Positions 50,071-60,440 of a stretch of DNA of 64,000 nucleotides are shown here, one piece after another. The stretch spans positions 2,480,001 through 2,544,000 of the forward strand of contig CM039009.1 in NCBI GenBank assembly GCA_017499595.2. The letters are read 5' to 3'. Under the pieces are notes generated by a model. The model had not been told where the DNA came from and did not search any database. It saw only the letters and a list, made by a program, of their open reading frames with translations. Position 1 is the stretch's first letter. The number at the start of each line of letters is the position of its first letter. Both the position numbers and the translations under genes were made by a program. The DNA is from Psilocybe cubensis. Lineage: Eukaryota.

Positions 50071-53000
50071 TCAAGATGGCTTTTCCGGAGACGAAACTGG
50101 CTCCATATACCAAGTGTCCCTAAGCTTGCGCTTTTTGGGTGGTGGAAGAGAAGGATCTGTGACAAGCGCAGGTCCCAATGCAGCTTGCGTGCGCGGGCGG
50201 CCCGTACGTCGTACAGCTACAGGTGGTCCCTCCGTCCTAACTCTCTTTTTGGGCTTCTTCTTCGGTTTGATAGTGGCAGTGCTTGCAGCTGTGGTGGTAA
50301 TATCATCACCGGCACCCTGTTTTGCAGAGTGGCCCTCCTTGGAGGCCGGAGAGCCTGCCGCCGATGGTCCAATGACAGTTTGAGGAACATTAGAGGACAC
50401 ATCTGTGTGTTGCATTGGAGGAGAGCATGACGGAAGAGGAGTCATGGGCGATAGTGAAGAAAGCAATGCACGAGGTAGTGTTTTCGGAGGTGGTGTTGAA
50501 AAACTAGCAGCCTGGTCAGAGGTAGGTGGCAAAAGTGAAGGGCGAGATTGAGTCTTCGCAGGTGGTGTCAAAAAATGGGCAACGTTAGTCAATCTTGATG
50601 GTGAAGGTAAAGTCCCCGAAGGTGATGCATCATCGTAAGAGGGCGAGTGAGAACTTGGAGAAGGCTGCAATTTCTGTAACTCTGCTTGGCGCTGATGCTG
50701 CGCTATGCGGTCTTTCGAATAAAATTTGAACGGCGTGGCATCAGGTAGCAAACGCAGATATTTGGTTAGAGCCAGAATTTTGTCGGGTTCTAGCACTTGC
50801 GGGGACTTTAAGGCGCCTATTGGTAAATTGAATGTCTCTGTGTCGTAGTACATATCAGGGTTGGAATAAATCGCATCCCAGGGGATGGTCGCATCGCCAT
50901 CTTGAGTATAGTCTATCGCAAAGTAAGTCAGTAAGGTGTTTACAAATGCTCCAAGATTGACCTACGCCAGAGAGACAGAAAATAATCTTCGAGAATTAGA
51001 GCTGCAGACGATAGCGGTTGACCTTTCAAGTCAATAAATGGCAAGAGAGGGCAGCCGTTGGTGTCTCGCAGCAACCTAGTGCTGAGTTGGAGTTCTTGCC
51101 CTACAAAGGTTTGTCAGTATATCACAAGTAAATGACGACTAAAAGAATACCACTCACGAGGAAGAACTGACTTGGCATGATTGTTCCAGCGTTCCAGTGA
51201 AGCTGTATCATACTCAAATTTGCCATCGTCTATCAAAGCTCCTTCGTTGCTGTCGAATGCCGCGCTGACTTTGCCTCCAAAAATGTTGCCGCCTTTGCGA
51301 AATGCATATGATAGGGATAATACACATGAGCCGAGCTGTCCGCCGGTGAGCAGTCCTTCGAGGGCTTCCTGAGCCACACTGTCAAACTCTGCTCGATTGC
51401 TACGAAGCATTGTCAGAACGTATCCTAAACAAGCAACATTGACTTACGCATCAATATCATCCCTCATATGTCTAACCTTTTCCTCCCAAGCCTTGTGATC
51501 TTCTTTCGACCACAGTTGTTGAATTGCAATTTGACGAGCAGCTCCTCCAGGTATTCCCCGTTCCTGACTGATTTGGCGGTATAACGCCACAATTCTATCG
51601 TTGTTTTCGACAACAAAGTGGTCTCAAGGGGTGGCATTTGAAGAGAGTTGGAGAAAAGGAGTCTTGGCCATGGATATAGTAGGAGTTTTTTGTAAACCCT
51701 TTTTCCCTTGCTTGACCTTTATGTCGTAGTTGAAGTGATTTGTCCACACACGTACTATGGCCTGACACGAATTGTAAGTAAGTCATAAAGAGAATTCATT
51801 CTACATACCGATGACCACTGTTTGAGAGTCTCGGTCTCGGATAACTTGCCCGCAAAAATCTCCTCGGCGAGTAGAGAGTTGACAGTTTTGGCTTTCCAGT
51901 CTGATAGCTGCTTGCAGTGACCGCGCCATTCAGGATCAAGCTCCGCAACCTTGGCTCCGAATGCAGGTATGTATTCCTTGATGCGCGCCATCTGGGCATC
52001 CGAGAAAACGAATCTGGTGGCTTTGGCAGGCGAGTGGTACCTACCATCTTTTTGATAAAACAATAGCAAGTGTTAGCACACTCTTTTTATAACTGTTGAT
52101 GGTTTTATCACAAAGCAAAATAATGAGAAGACTGGTCTATTTCTCATAAGTTTACTTCGCTTTTTCAAAGCCTTTTTCATTAGATAATACCCTTCTTTCT
52201 CATTATCTTTAGGGCGCTTTTTCATTACCTTTTGATTAGATACTAGCCTGGTTATTTGATAAGATTGTTCTACATCAATATATCTTATCTTTGCTTGGTC
52301 ATTTCTGATGCCATGCCATCAAATCAGGAACACTGTGGGTACTTCTAGGCCATGTCTATCAATCCATCAAAGCTATTATTAAATAAACTTTTCTCTCCTC
52401 GGCCCCTTGGTCTATAAATAGTGCTCATCCTATGCTACTTTTGTGCATTGCTGGCAATGGATTGGGCGCTTTTGGGGGCATTTCTGGACCGTTTCCCTTG
52501 GTGTTTTTTGGTAGACCTATAGTTTTAAAGTGTCCCAATCTGAATATGAAATTAGAATTGCAATATCTTTACTCATTATTGTGCAATTAAGCGTACGATG
52601 TTTTGATCAAAAAGCGCACCTTGAATAGCACCATCCAGGGGCTGGTATGCACCATTTTGACTATGCAATTATTTTTCATTTATAATAGACGGAGTACATG
52701 CCAAGTTTCAGATCAATTGGAGCAGTGGAACCTATTGAACTAGGATGTGCACCCTACCCCTCCTCCTACTCCTTGTACAAATGCCTTCCTGATCAGATAA
52801 ATTTATGCCCAACCAGGGCTGGGTAGGCGTCCATTATACCAATTTTTAGAGCCCAAAATCTTGGTGCAATTCTAAGATTTAAGGGTACTACCCCCCATCC
52901 TCTCCAGAATTTGTATATTTTATTATGGGGTAGAATGGCCATTCCCAGCACATATAGGTATGTAAATCTGCTCTATATAGTACCACAGACGCAATACATA

Positions 53001-54950
53001 TCTTTGAAGCATTCAGAGTGAAGGGGAACACCTTGGTTATGAGGCTAATAAAAAGGTATTGGATGTACAACATAATATGACCATATCACCACTTATACTT
53101 CACCAAAATGCACATATCTTACATTCACAGATAGCTACTAAGGTCTTCTACATATTATATTCATACTGCCAAATGACCAGAACGCTTAACAAGATGGTAC
53201 AAGAAGAAGAAGCATTGTTGTTCAAAAATGGAGGAAAAGCGAAATATGATGTAAAAGATAACACTTATAAAATACATAAACTATACGGCTGTGTAGCCCT
53301 AAATGACACCTATCTGTGGTATATAGACTCATGGAAATCCGATGAGTATGAGCTGAGATATGTCAAAATGTATCTCGGAGAAAGGCCAAAGAGGTGACCA
53401 CAAACAAAGCATAAATAAAGGCCAATATCCATCCGGGTCTCTGATGGGTTCTTCAACACCTTTCTTTCCATATCTCAGCAACCACTGGTCCGATGCACAA
53501 CATCCTTAATGTTCTGGAAAGCTGCATTTTGAGGCTATACTATCCTGCTTTTATATTTCCTGATCATAATCATTTATATATGGTAAATGCGAAAATACTA
53601 TGCATTTTGATGAAGAATGGTATTCCCTCTGCAGCATCTCAGCTAATGGACGGATCTTTTTGCAGCCTAAGAAAGATATTTAGGGGGCAACTATAGGTAT
53701 CTGTAGACGTCAAGAATATGATTTATGACAATGTATTTGTAGAGATATGGCCTGATCAATAACCTACCATACCTATCCTCATACCCCCCCTTAAATCAGT
53801 ATGTTCCCTTGTTGAAGAGGGCTTTTAAGGGTAAATTTTGGACTCTATGTACTGTTTGTAGTGGATCTACATGTCTTTCAATGGTCTGAGAGCCCATCCT
53901 ATCCCATAATAAAATACACAAGTTCTGGAGGGAGTAAGGGGTAGTACCCTTAAATCTTAGAATTGCACCAAGATTTTGGGCTCTAAAAATTGGTATAATG
54001 GACGCCTACCCAGCCCTGGTTGGGCATAAATTTATCTGATCAGGAAGGCATTTGTACAAGGAGTAGGAGGAGGGGTAGGGTGCACATCCTAGTTCAATAG
54101 GTTCCACTGCTCCAATTGATCTGAAACTTGGCATGTACTCCGTCTATTATAAATGAAAAATAATTGCATAGTCAAAATGGTGCATACCAGCCCCTGGATG
54201 GTGCTATTCAAGGTGCGCTTTTTGATCAAAACATCGTACGCTTAATTGCACAATAATGAGTAAAGATATTGCAATTCTAATTTCATATTCAGATTGGGAC
54301 ACTTTAAAACTATAGGTCTACCAAAAAACACCAAGGGAAACGGTCCAGAAATGCCCCCAAAAGCGCCCAATCCATTGCCAGCAATGCACAAAAGTAGCAT
54401 AGGATGAGCACTATTTATAGACCAAGGGGCCGAGGAGAGAAAAGTTTATTTAATAATAGCTTTGATGGATTGATAGACATGGCCTAGAAGTACCCACAGT
54501 GTTCCTGATTTGATGGCATGGCATCAGAAATGACCAAGCAAAGATAAGATATATTGATGTAGAACAATCTTATCAAATAACCAGGCTAGTATCTAATCAA
54601 AAGGTAATGAAAAAGCGCCCTAAAGATAATGAGAAAGAAGGGTATTATCTAATGAAAAAGGCTTTGAAAAAGCGAAGTAAACTTATGAGAAATAGACCAG
54701 TCTTCTCATTATTTTGCTTTGTGATAAAACCATCAACAGTTATAAAAAGAGTGTGCTAACACTTGCTATTGTTTTATCATAAAAAGTGGTAGGGACTAGT
54801 GGGCAGGCATGAAGTCAGTCTAGTAAGTATACGTTGTAAGAAGGATCAGAGGTAGGGTAGGGGTCTGTACATACATATATAATGAAAAGTTATGACACCC
54901 TGCGCTTTGCCAGTGGCCTGATTAATCTCGAAATGACCAGTTGTGGCCCA
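50071..54950 (-). pseudogene. KDZ-linked gene A: multi-exon hypothetical protein (..IPWD.I..NP..YYD...LP...LK.P), split by the inverted-repeat insert
   Basis: Exons in ORFs 51755-52040, 51114-51410 and 50071-50853. Removing 52040-54791 gives an open frame (LTSCLPTSP|YHSPAKATRF). Start codon not located. Confidence 0.6.
52053..54779. mobile_element. AT-rich foldback-like insert with 842-bp inverted arms (52053-52894 and 53938-54779)
   Basis: The arms are equal in length and identical where spot-checked; about 100 bp more of degenerate inverted similarity lies inside; ~1-kb spacer with no recognisable ORF; AGTGGTA duplicated at 52033-52039 and 54785-54791. Confidence 0.85.
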
Positions 54951-55077
54951 TAATTCAGTAATGAGAAACGTTCTGAAAAGAATAGTATTCATCAGTGAAT
55001 GGCACAGGTGGCCCAAATAGCCACTCGTACCAGTGCCTTAGAAAGTACACAACGGATCTAAAGGGCCACCAAAGGAA

Positions 55078-55414
55078 GCACCTGACGCCAAGTCGAGGTT
55101 GCGAGACCAACACAGAGTAAGGGCGGTATTGAGAGCGATGGTGATGAGAAAGATGGGGGTGCTGAAGCAACCTACGCAGAGTCGAGGTTGCGAGACCGAC
55201 ACAGAGTTGAGGTCGAGCGATGGTGATGATAAAGATGGGGGGTGCTGAAGCAACCGATGCATAGTCGAGGTTGCAAGACCGACACAGAGTCGAGGCCTCA
55301 TGAGCATGAGTAGGTATGGGCGGTATTGAGAGCGATGGTGATGAGAAAGATGGGGGGTGCTGAAGCAACCGACGCATAGTCAAGGTTGCGAGACCGACGC
55401 CAAGTCGAGGCCTC
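55078..55414 (-). repeat. Hairpin array 1 (about 4 paired units), upstream of gene A
   Basis: Minus strand units GAGGCC-TC-GAC-TTGGC-GTC-GGTCTC and GCAACC-TY-GAC-TATGC-GTC-GGTTGC, separated by pyrimidine-rich spacers. Confidence 0.85.
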
Positions 55415-55643
55415 ATGAACATGGTGGTTGAGTGGTGAGTGGCGGGATGAAGGGTCGCATTACCAAATCGGACTCAATCATGTGACCTGCACCCCCCAAG
55501 TCCAACTCAGAGTTGAACTTCGAGTCCGCCGTCTTTGCCCACTTTATTCCCCCTCTGCTTTTGCTCCTCATCGCCCGCCCTTCTTTTGCCCCCTTTACTA
55601 TTAACTGTACAACCAGGTAAGTATTTAGATTTTTAATTTTCTG

Positions 55644-55837
55644 TGGACTCGACTTAAGGTCGTCCATGTGAACTCGACTATGCGTCGTTCACTTATTTTT
55701 TCCATTTACTTTTTATGGACTCGACTTTATGTTGTCCATGTGAACTCGACTATGCGTCGTTCACTTATTACTTCCGTTTACTTTTTATGGACTCGACTTA
55801 ATGTCGTCCATATGAACTCGACTATGCGTCGTTCATA
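55644..55837 (+). repeat. Hairpin array 2 (3 x 72 bp), upstream of gene B
   Basis: TGGAC-TC-GAC-N5-GTC-GTCCA followed by GTGAAC-TC-GAC-TATGC-GTC-GTTCAC, with T-rich spacers; units start at 55644, 55716 and 55788. Confidence 0.9.
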
Positions 55838-55888
55838 CATTTTCCCCCGTCAATCCAATGGATAACCGACACCGGATCCAGCAGAAAA

Positions 55889-58076
55889 ATGTCTCGCTGT
55901 ATCACCCCTGAAGACCTGCTTAAAGATCCATCGATCCTTCTTCGAAAGAAAGGCCATGATTCCTCCGAGGGTGAGTTTCTGTTCTACAATTTCCAGTCTT
56001 TTTATCTATACTTTACCAGGTCTTTGCAGTTTTGAAGGCCAAGTTGGAGCCGTAGTGTGGGAAGGAAGTCATTTCGTTACAAGCCCGAACATGGATCATA
56101 TCTGGGAGCCCCCCAGAGTATCCCGGATTACTTACATGGAGGATATGCGGTACGGAGAACACGATCCCCTTCAATGGCCCCAACCCTTCATTGGGAGTTT
56201 TTGCTATCTTGCCGCCATTCGTCGAAGGCCCGACGATCTTCGTGCAATCAATCGATTTTTTATAGTGTTTTATCGCTTAGAAGATTCTGACTTACTTGCG
56301 CAAGAAGGGGTTCTTAGCGGACTGTATACCTTGACTCCCCAATTGGTCTCCCTAGCAAAGAACTTTGTACAAAACAGAGTTATTGCAAAATCGAAAGAAT
56401 ATGAAAGCCAGGATGACGCACCCAAAAACGACATCTTGTTGAAGCTCCAACCGTCGATCCTTCGAACAGTCAATCATCTCGAAAACCTCCCAATGACATG
56501 ACGAAAAATAAAATTCTTATTTGCCGAACTACAAAGATATTTTCTGGAATTTACAGCCGCCTTTGAATACCTGACAATCTATCTCCCCAGGATCAAAGGT
56601 ACTATGCCAGCTGCCACGGCGGCTAATAAAAAACTCATTGGTGCTTTTGTTCAAACTGCGGCGGATGCGGACGACCTTTTCCGAGCGGGTATTCCAGTGT
56701 GGGTGATTCGTGAGGCCAAATGGGCAGGGAATGACCGTGTAGATTCGTTGTGCGAGGTACAGAAACCACAGGATTATCTTTGTCTGGACAGTGCTTTTTT
56801 GCATTTTTGAGTGGATTATCGTAACTCGTTGACCAGCCCGAACAAGTATATCACTTTCGGTCGATTCGCACGAGGCTTTCTTTCATACGGGGATGCATAT
56901 AACCTGCGAGCGTACGAAGCTCCCATTCCGCAATCGACCGGTTCAGAGCAGACCTCGTCAACCTTTAAAATAGGTCCTAGAGTGGCCACGAGCCGCGAGA
57001 TCAGAAAATCAAAACAGCCGTGTAAGTCGCAATTCGTTTGAACATGAAGAAATTGTACCTCATTTATTACGATTATAGATCCTATACCACAGAGGCAGGA
57101 TTTCTCAGAGCCGGTTAGTGTCTACTTACCACCATCTCAAGAAGCATGGGCCTTGGGGCTTTGCAAAATCAACACTGATGCCAAGAGGTCGCTCCTGGTC
57201 TCTCGTTCTATGGCTCAAGGTGGATACATTCTGCCTAACCCTGAAGCCTTTATCGGAGTAACGACATGCAACAAGCGCGAGTTATACATCACAAACTGGC
57301 TGAAGTACCGCTCGGCCCTCATGTATCGCCTTACAGAAAGCCAGGGACGGTGTCCACTGAGTAGTCAACTGTGGCGAGATCTACTCAGACTCCCTGTGGA
57401 TGCTCTCCCGTCTACTATAACTTAACCAGCCGCCACGGCATCGTCGTCGACAAGCACCCGAACATCTAGTAAAAGTTCTCAAAGGGGTGAGATTCTACAA
57501 AGAATTTTCGAAAACTTTGACTTTCATGCATCCGGAGTTGCAGTCAATGGTCACAAACACCAGGTCGCGTGGCGAGGTCAAGCTCTGATAAAGGGCCAAG
57601 AACTGGATATAAACCTAGTACGAGAGGTGCTCTGGGAGTTATCAGAGCTCAACTTTTGGTTTGATCTCATTGCGTTGGACCATCATCTTTATTGTAGGAC
57701 CCTCAAGGTTGAAAGAGAAGGCCAAATTCTCCAGTCTCGTGAAGACGATATTCTCCTTTGTTTCGCAGGTGGGCCCTTGGGCACATCTCCATTTCTCGCA
57801 CACATCGCCAATGCGGATATCGGCATTGCCGCTGGTGATTGGATGGTTCGTCGCGCATACATCATATACCTGCAGAATGCCATGCGAGACTGGGAGGGTT
57901 TTGACTCCGCGGCCAAGCAGTGCCATGAAGTAGATCTGTTCACCAGATCTTCGGATATTTTATCTTTTGCGGAACACCAATATTTGCTCTTTGAGGTTGT
58001 ACTGGTCCGACTTTTTATTCAGCTTTTCTATGATGCATTTGGTCGTGCGCCCGTCATACCACGTCGATTACATTGA
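55889..58076 (+). pseudogene. KDZ-linked gene B: Agaricomycete hypothetical protein (DPL.WPQ...; LWEL.ELNF.FDL.ALD...FGRAP.IP), three in-frame stops
   Basis: ATG 55889; introns 55971-56019 and ~57022-57078; a single reading frame broken only by TGA 56499-56501, TGA 56808-56810 and TAA 57423-57425. Confidence 0.75.
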
Positions 58077-58348
58077 ACTTGTACTGTTATTGTAGCTAAT
58101 TTTCTTGAATTTTTTGGACCTTACAAGTTTTTCAATATATGTATTACCTTTTTTACCTCTATAAACATCAAGCTGTTGATTTTGGACTCAAATCCCAATC
58201 AATAATGTCTAAATAAGGCCGATCGAATATTTGTTAGAATGTTGATTGAATTTCGTCCATGACCAAAATCGGAACAAAAGCGGAGTTTCAATTTTGAAAT
58301 CCCTCGTTGCCATGTCTTTCCACTTTTCGTTCTCATCATTTTCCACAT

Positions 58349-58769
58349 TGACCTCGACTGTGTGTCGGTCGTGTAGGCTTGACTGTGCGTCGCCTACTGT
58401 CTGCTCTTCTCGTCATACTTGCTCTTTTCGCCATACTCGGGCGCTCCTCATCCTGGGTCCTGTCCTTCCGCCTTTCTCTCTGGTACCCCTGGCCATTGGT
58501 TTTCAAACATCCCCTTGACCTCGACTTTGTGTCGGTCGTATAGGCTCAACTTTGCGTCGCCTAACATCCCCTTGACCTCGACTGTGCGTCGGTCGTGTAG
58601 GCTTGACTGAGCGTCGCCTACTGTCTGCTCTTCTCGCCATACTCGGGCGCTCCTCATCCTGTGTCCTGTCCTTCCGCCTTTCTCTCTGGTACCCCTGGCC
58701 ATTGGTCTTCAAACATCCCCTTGACCTCGACTATGTGTCGGTCGTATAGGCTTGACTTTGCGTCGCCTG
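58349..58769 (+). repeat. Hairpin array 3 (4 paired units), upstream of gene C
   Basis: TGACC-TC-GAC-N5-GTC-GGTCG followed by RTAGGC-TY-GAC-N5-GTC-GCCTAC; units near 58349, 58515, 58572 and 58722. Confidence 0.9.
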
Positions 58770-59024
58770 CTACCTACCTTTCTCAAATAGGAACTCGGCG
58801 CCTTTCTCCGCAAACTTCTCCAAATGGCCAGGCCACGCTTTGTTGGTGGCCGCGACTCTTCAAACTTGGCGCAAACTTGGCGCAAACTTCTCTAGTTGGT
58901 TAGGCCACAATTCGTCGGTGGCCACTATTCTTCAATATTATGCAGTGGCATGATGGGAGGGGTATACGGACACGCAGGTGCGTGTTTAAATTCAAAGACA
59001 CACTGGCCATCCCACTAATTCTTT

Positions 59025-60195
59025 ATGCCTCCAGCTCCTCCTCCTGCATCGTTTGGACCTCTCTCTGGTGCGCATCCTGAGTACCGGGGGATCTACAAAA
59101 CCGCTGCTTTGGAGAAAGTGAAACAAAACATCAAACTCTTTCTGTTACAACACACCAAAAACCCAGGACCGCAGAAACCTCACAAGCCTGACCATCCTGA
59201 ATCTAGACCCCAACTTTGTCTCGGGGGTGGATCCCATCGCGCTAATGCTGGACGGTGGCTTCAAGTTTGCCAGAAGCAATCGTGCTATATGCATCAACGA
59301 CCGCGGTTTGTTACCGAACCTTTATCACCAGAGGTTTTGTCTGGACTTGATGCCCTGTTTGCCATTCAAGATGAAATTCATGCGTATATGCCACGTACCA
59401 TGACATCAGCTAACAACCCAGTTGCTTGACCATGTGTTGCTTCACCATCATCTTCCTTGCCCCCTTCGTCTGCACCCAGCGCGTCCCCTGCCTTGTCCCC
59501 TTCGCCTGCGCTTAGCTCGTCTCCTTGTAGGCGCAATAGGGCCGTACCGGCTGTTTTCTCCACACCCACATCACAACCCTCTTCCTCCAAGCGTCGTCTG
59601 TCGCCACCGCCTTTCGCATCAACTTCGCAAGCTTCATCCTCCAAGCGTCCTCTTTCGCCATTGCCTGAGCCTGACCGTGTTTCCCCTTTCAAACGACGTA
59701 AAATTCTTGATGTATTGGATGAGCTACCACCACCTAACGTGCCTCAAGGTATAGACGAGGCGGAAATACGGCGCCGAATCAATATCTTGCTTGATGCCCT
59801 TGAACCTGCGGCTGCGCCAACTAGCCCCCCAGTAGCACCTCCTGCACGGTCTCCCCCCACGCCTGAAGCAGTAGACGAGGCAGAGATATTTGACCTTACT
59901 CAACCGGTTCTTGTTTTATTTATGTTGCAGGTTGGGTTATTGCTTTATTGTTTTATAATTCAATGCTAATTCATTGGAATAGGATCATAGTCAATTTGAA
60001 GAAACCCTTTACCCGTGCCATGATGGTCGCCTCTGTCTGAACGACTACAAGCTTCTTCTAGGACGCCAGGGGTTTGAACAAGGTTTATACATTGAGTATT
60101 TTTGCTTCAACACAGATGAATGGACCCCTTGTCTGTGGGCCACCCGGCACCTGATCTCAGGCCACGATCAAATTTTGCGATTCTGTTATGCATAG
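59025..60195 (+). pseudogene. KDZ-linked gene C: N-terminal Cys/His cluster (GRF-zinc-finger-like NAGRWLQVC....C), Pro/Ser linker and C-terminal domain; one in-frame TGA
   Basis: ORFs 59025-59429 and 59457-59930 share a frame across TGA 59427-59429; intron 59931-59982 leads to the last exon (DHSQFEE...W.PC.WAT). Confidence 0.6.
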
Positions 60196-60440
60196 TGGCC
60201 AGAACTTAGAATATAATGAATATATCTGCTTTTACAAATTCCCTTGGTGACACGATTAATTCTGCCGATTCCTTATTATAGGCGTATGCTTGGCCACCAA
60301 TGCCCAAGCAAAATGTATTGACTGAGTGGTGGCATGACCACAAAATTGCCGATTGTGGCACTTTGGGATGTAGGATGGCATACATCAACTGAAAGTACAA
60401 TAAACCTTTCCTCTTTGCCAATATTTTGCCCCCACCCGTC

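Noticed and set aside
53059-53397. 112-aa ORF in the foldback spacer as a transposase
   Set aside because: No DDE or other recognisable motif; AT-rich.
54955-55422. 155-aa ORF over hairpin array 1
   Set aside because: Translation of the repeat units; the conservation pattern fits nucleic-acid pairing, not codons.
55078-58769. CRISPR-like arrays
   Set aside because: Eukaryotic context, the spacers are repeated rather than unique, and there are no cas genes.
5033-59429. TGA recoding (Trp, Sec or readthrough)
   Set aside because: Consensus residues at the informative sites are Arg, TAG and TAA stops also occur, and intact genes end normally at TGA; mutation is the simpler explanation.
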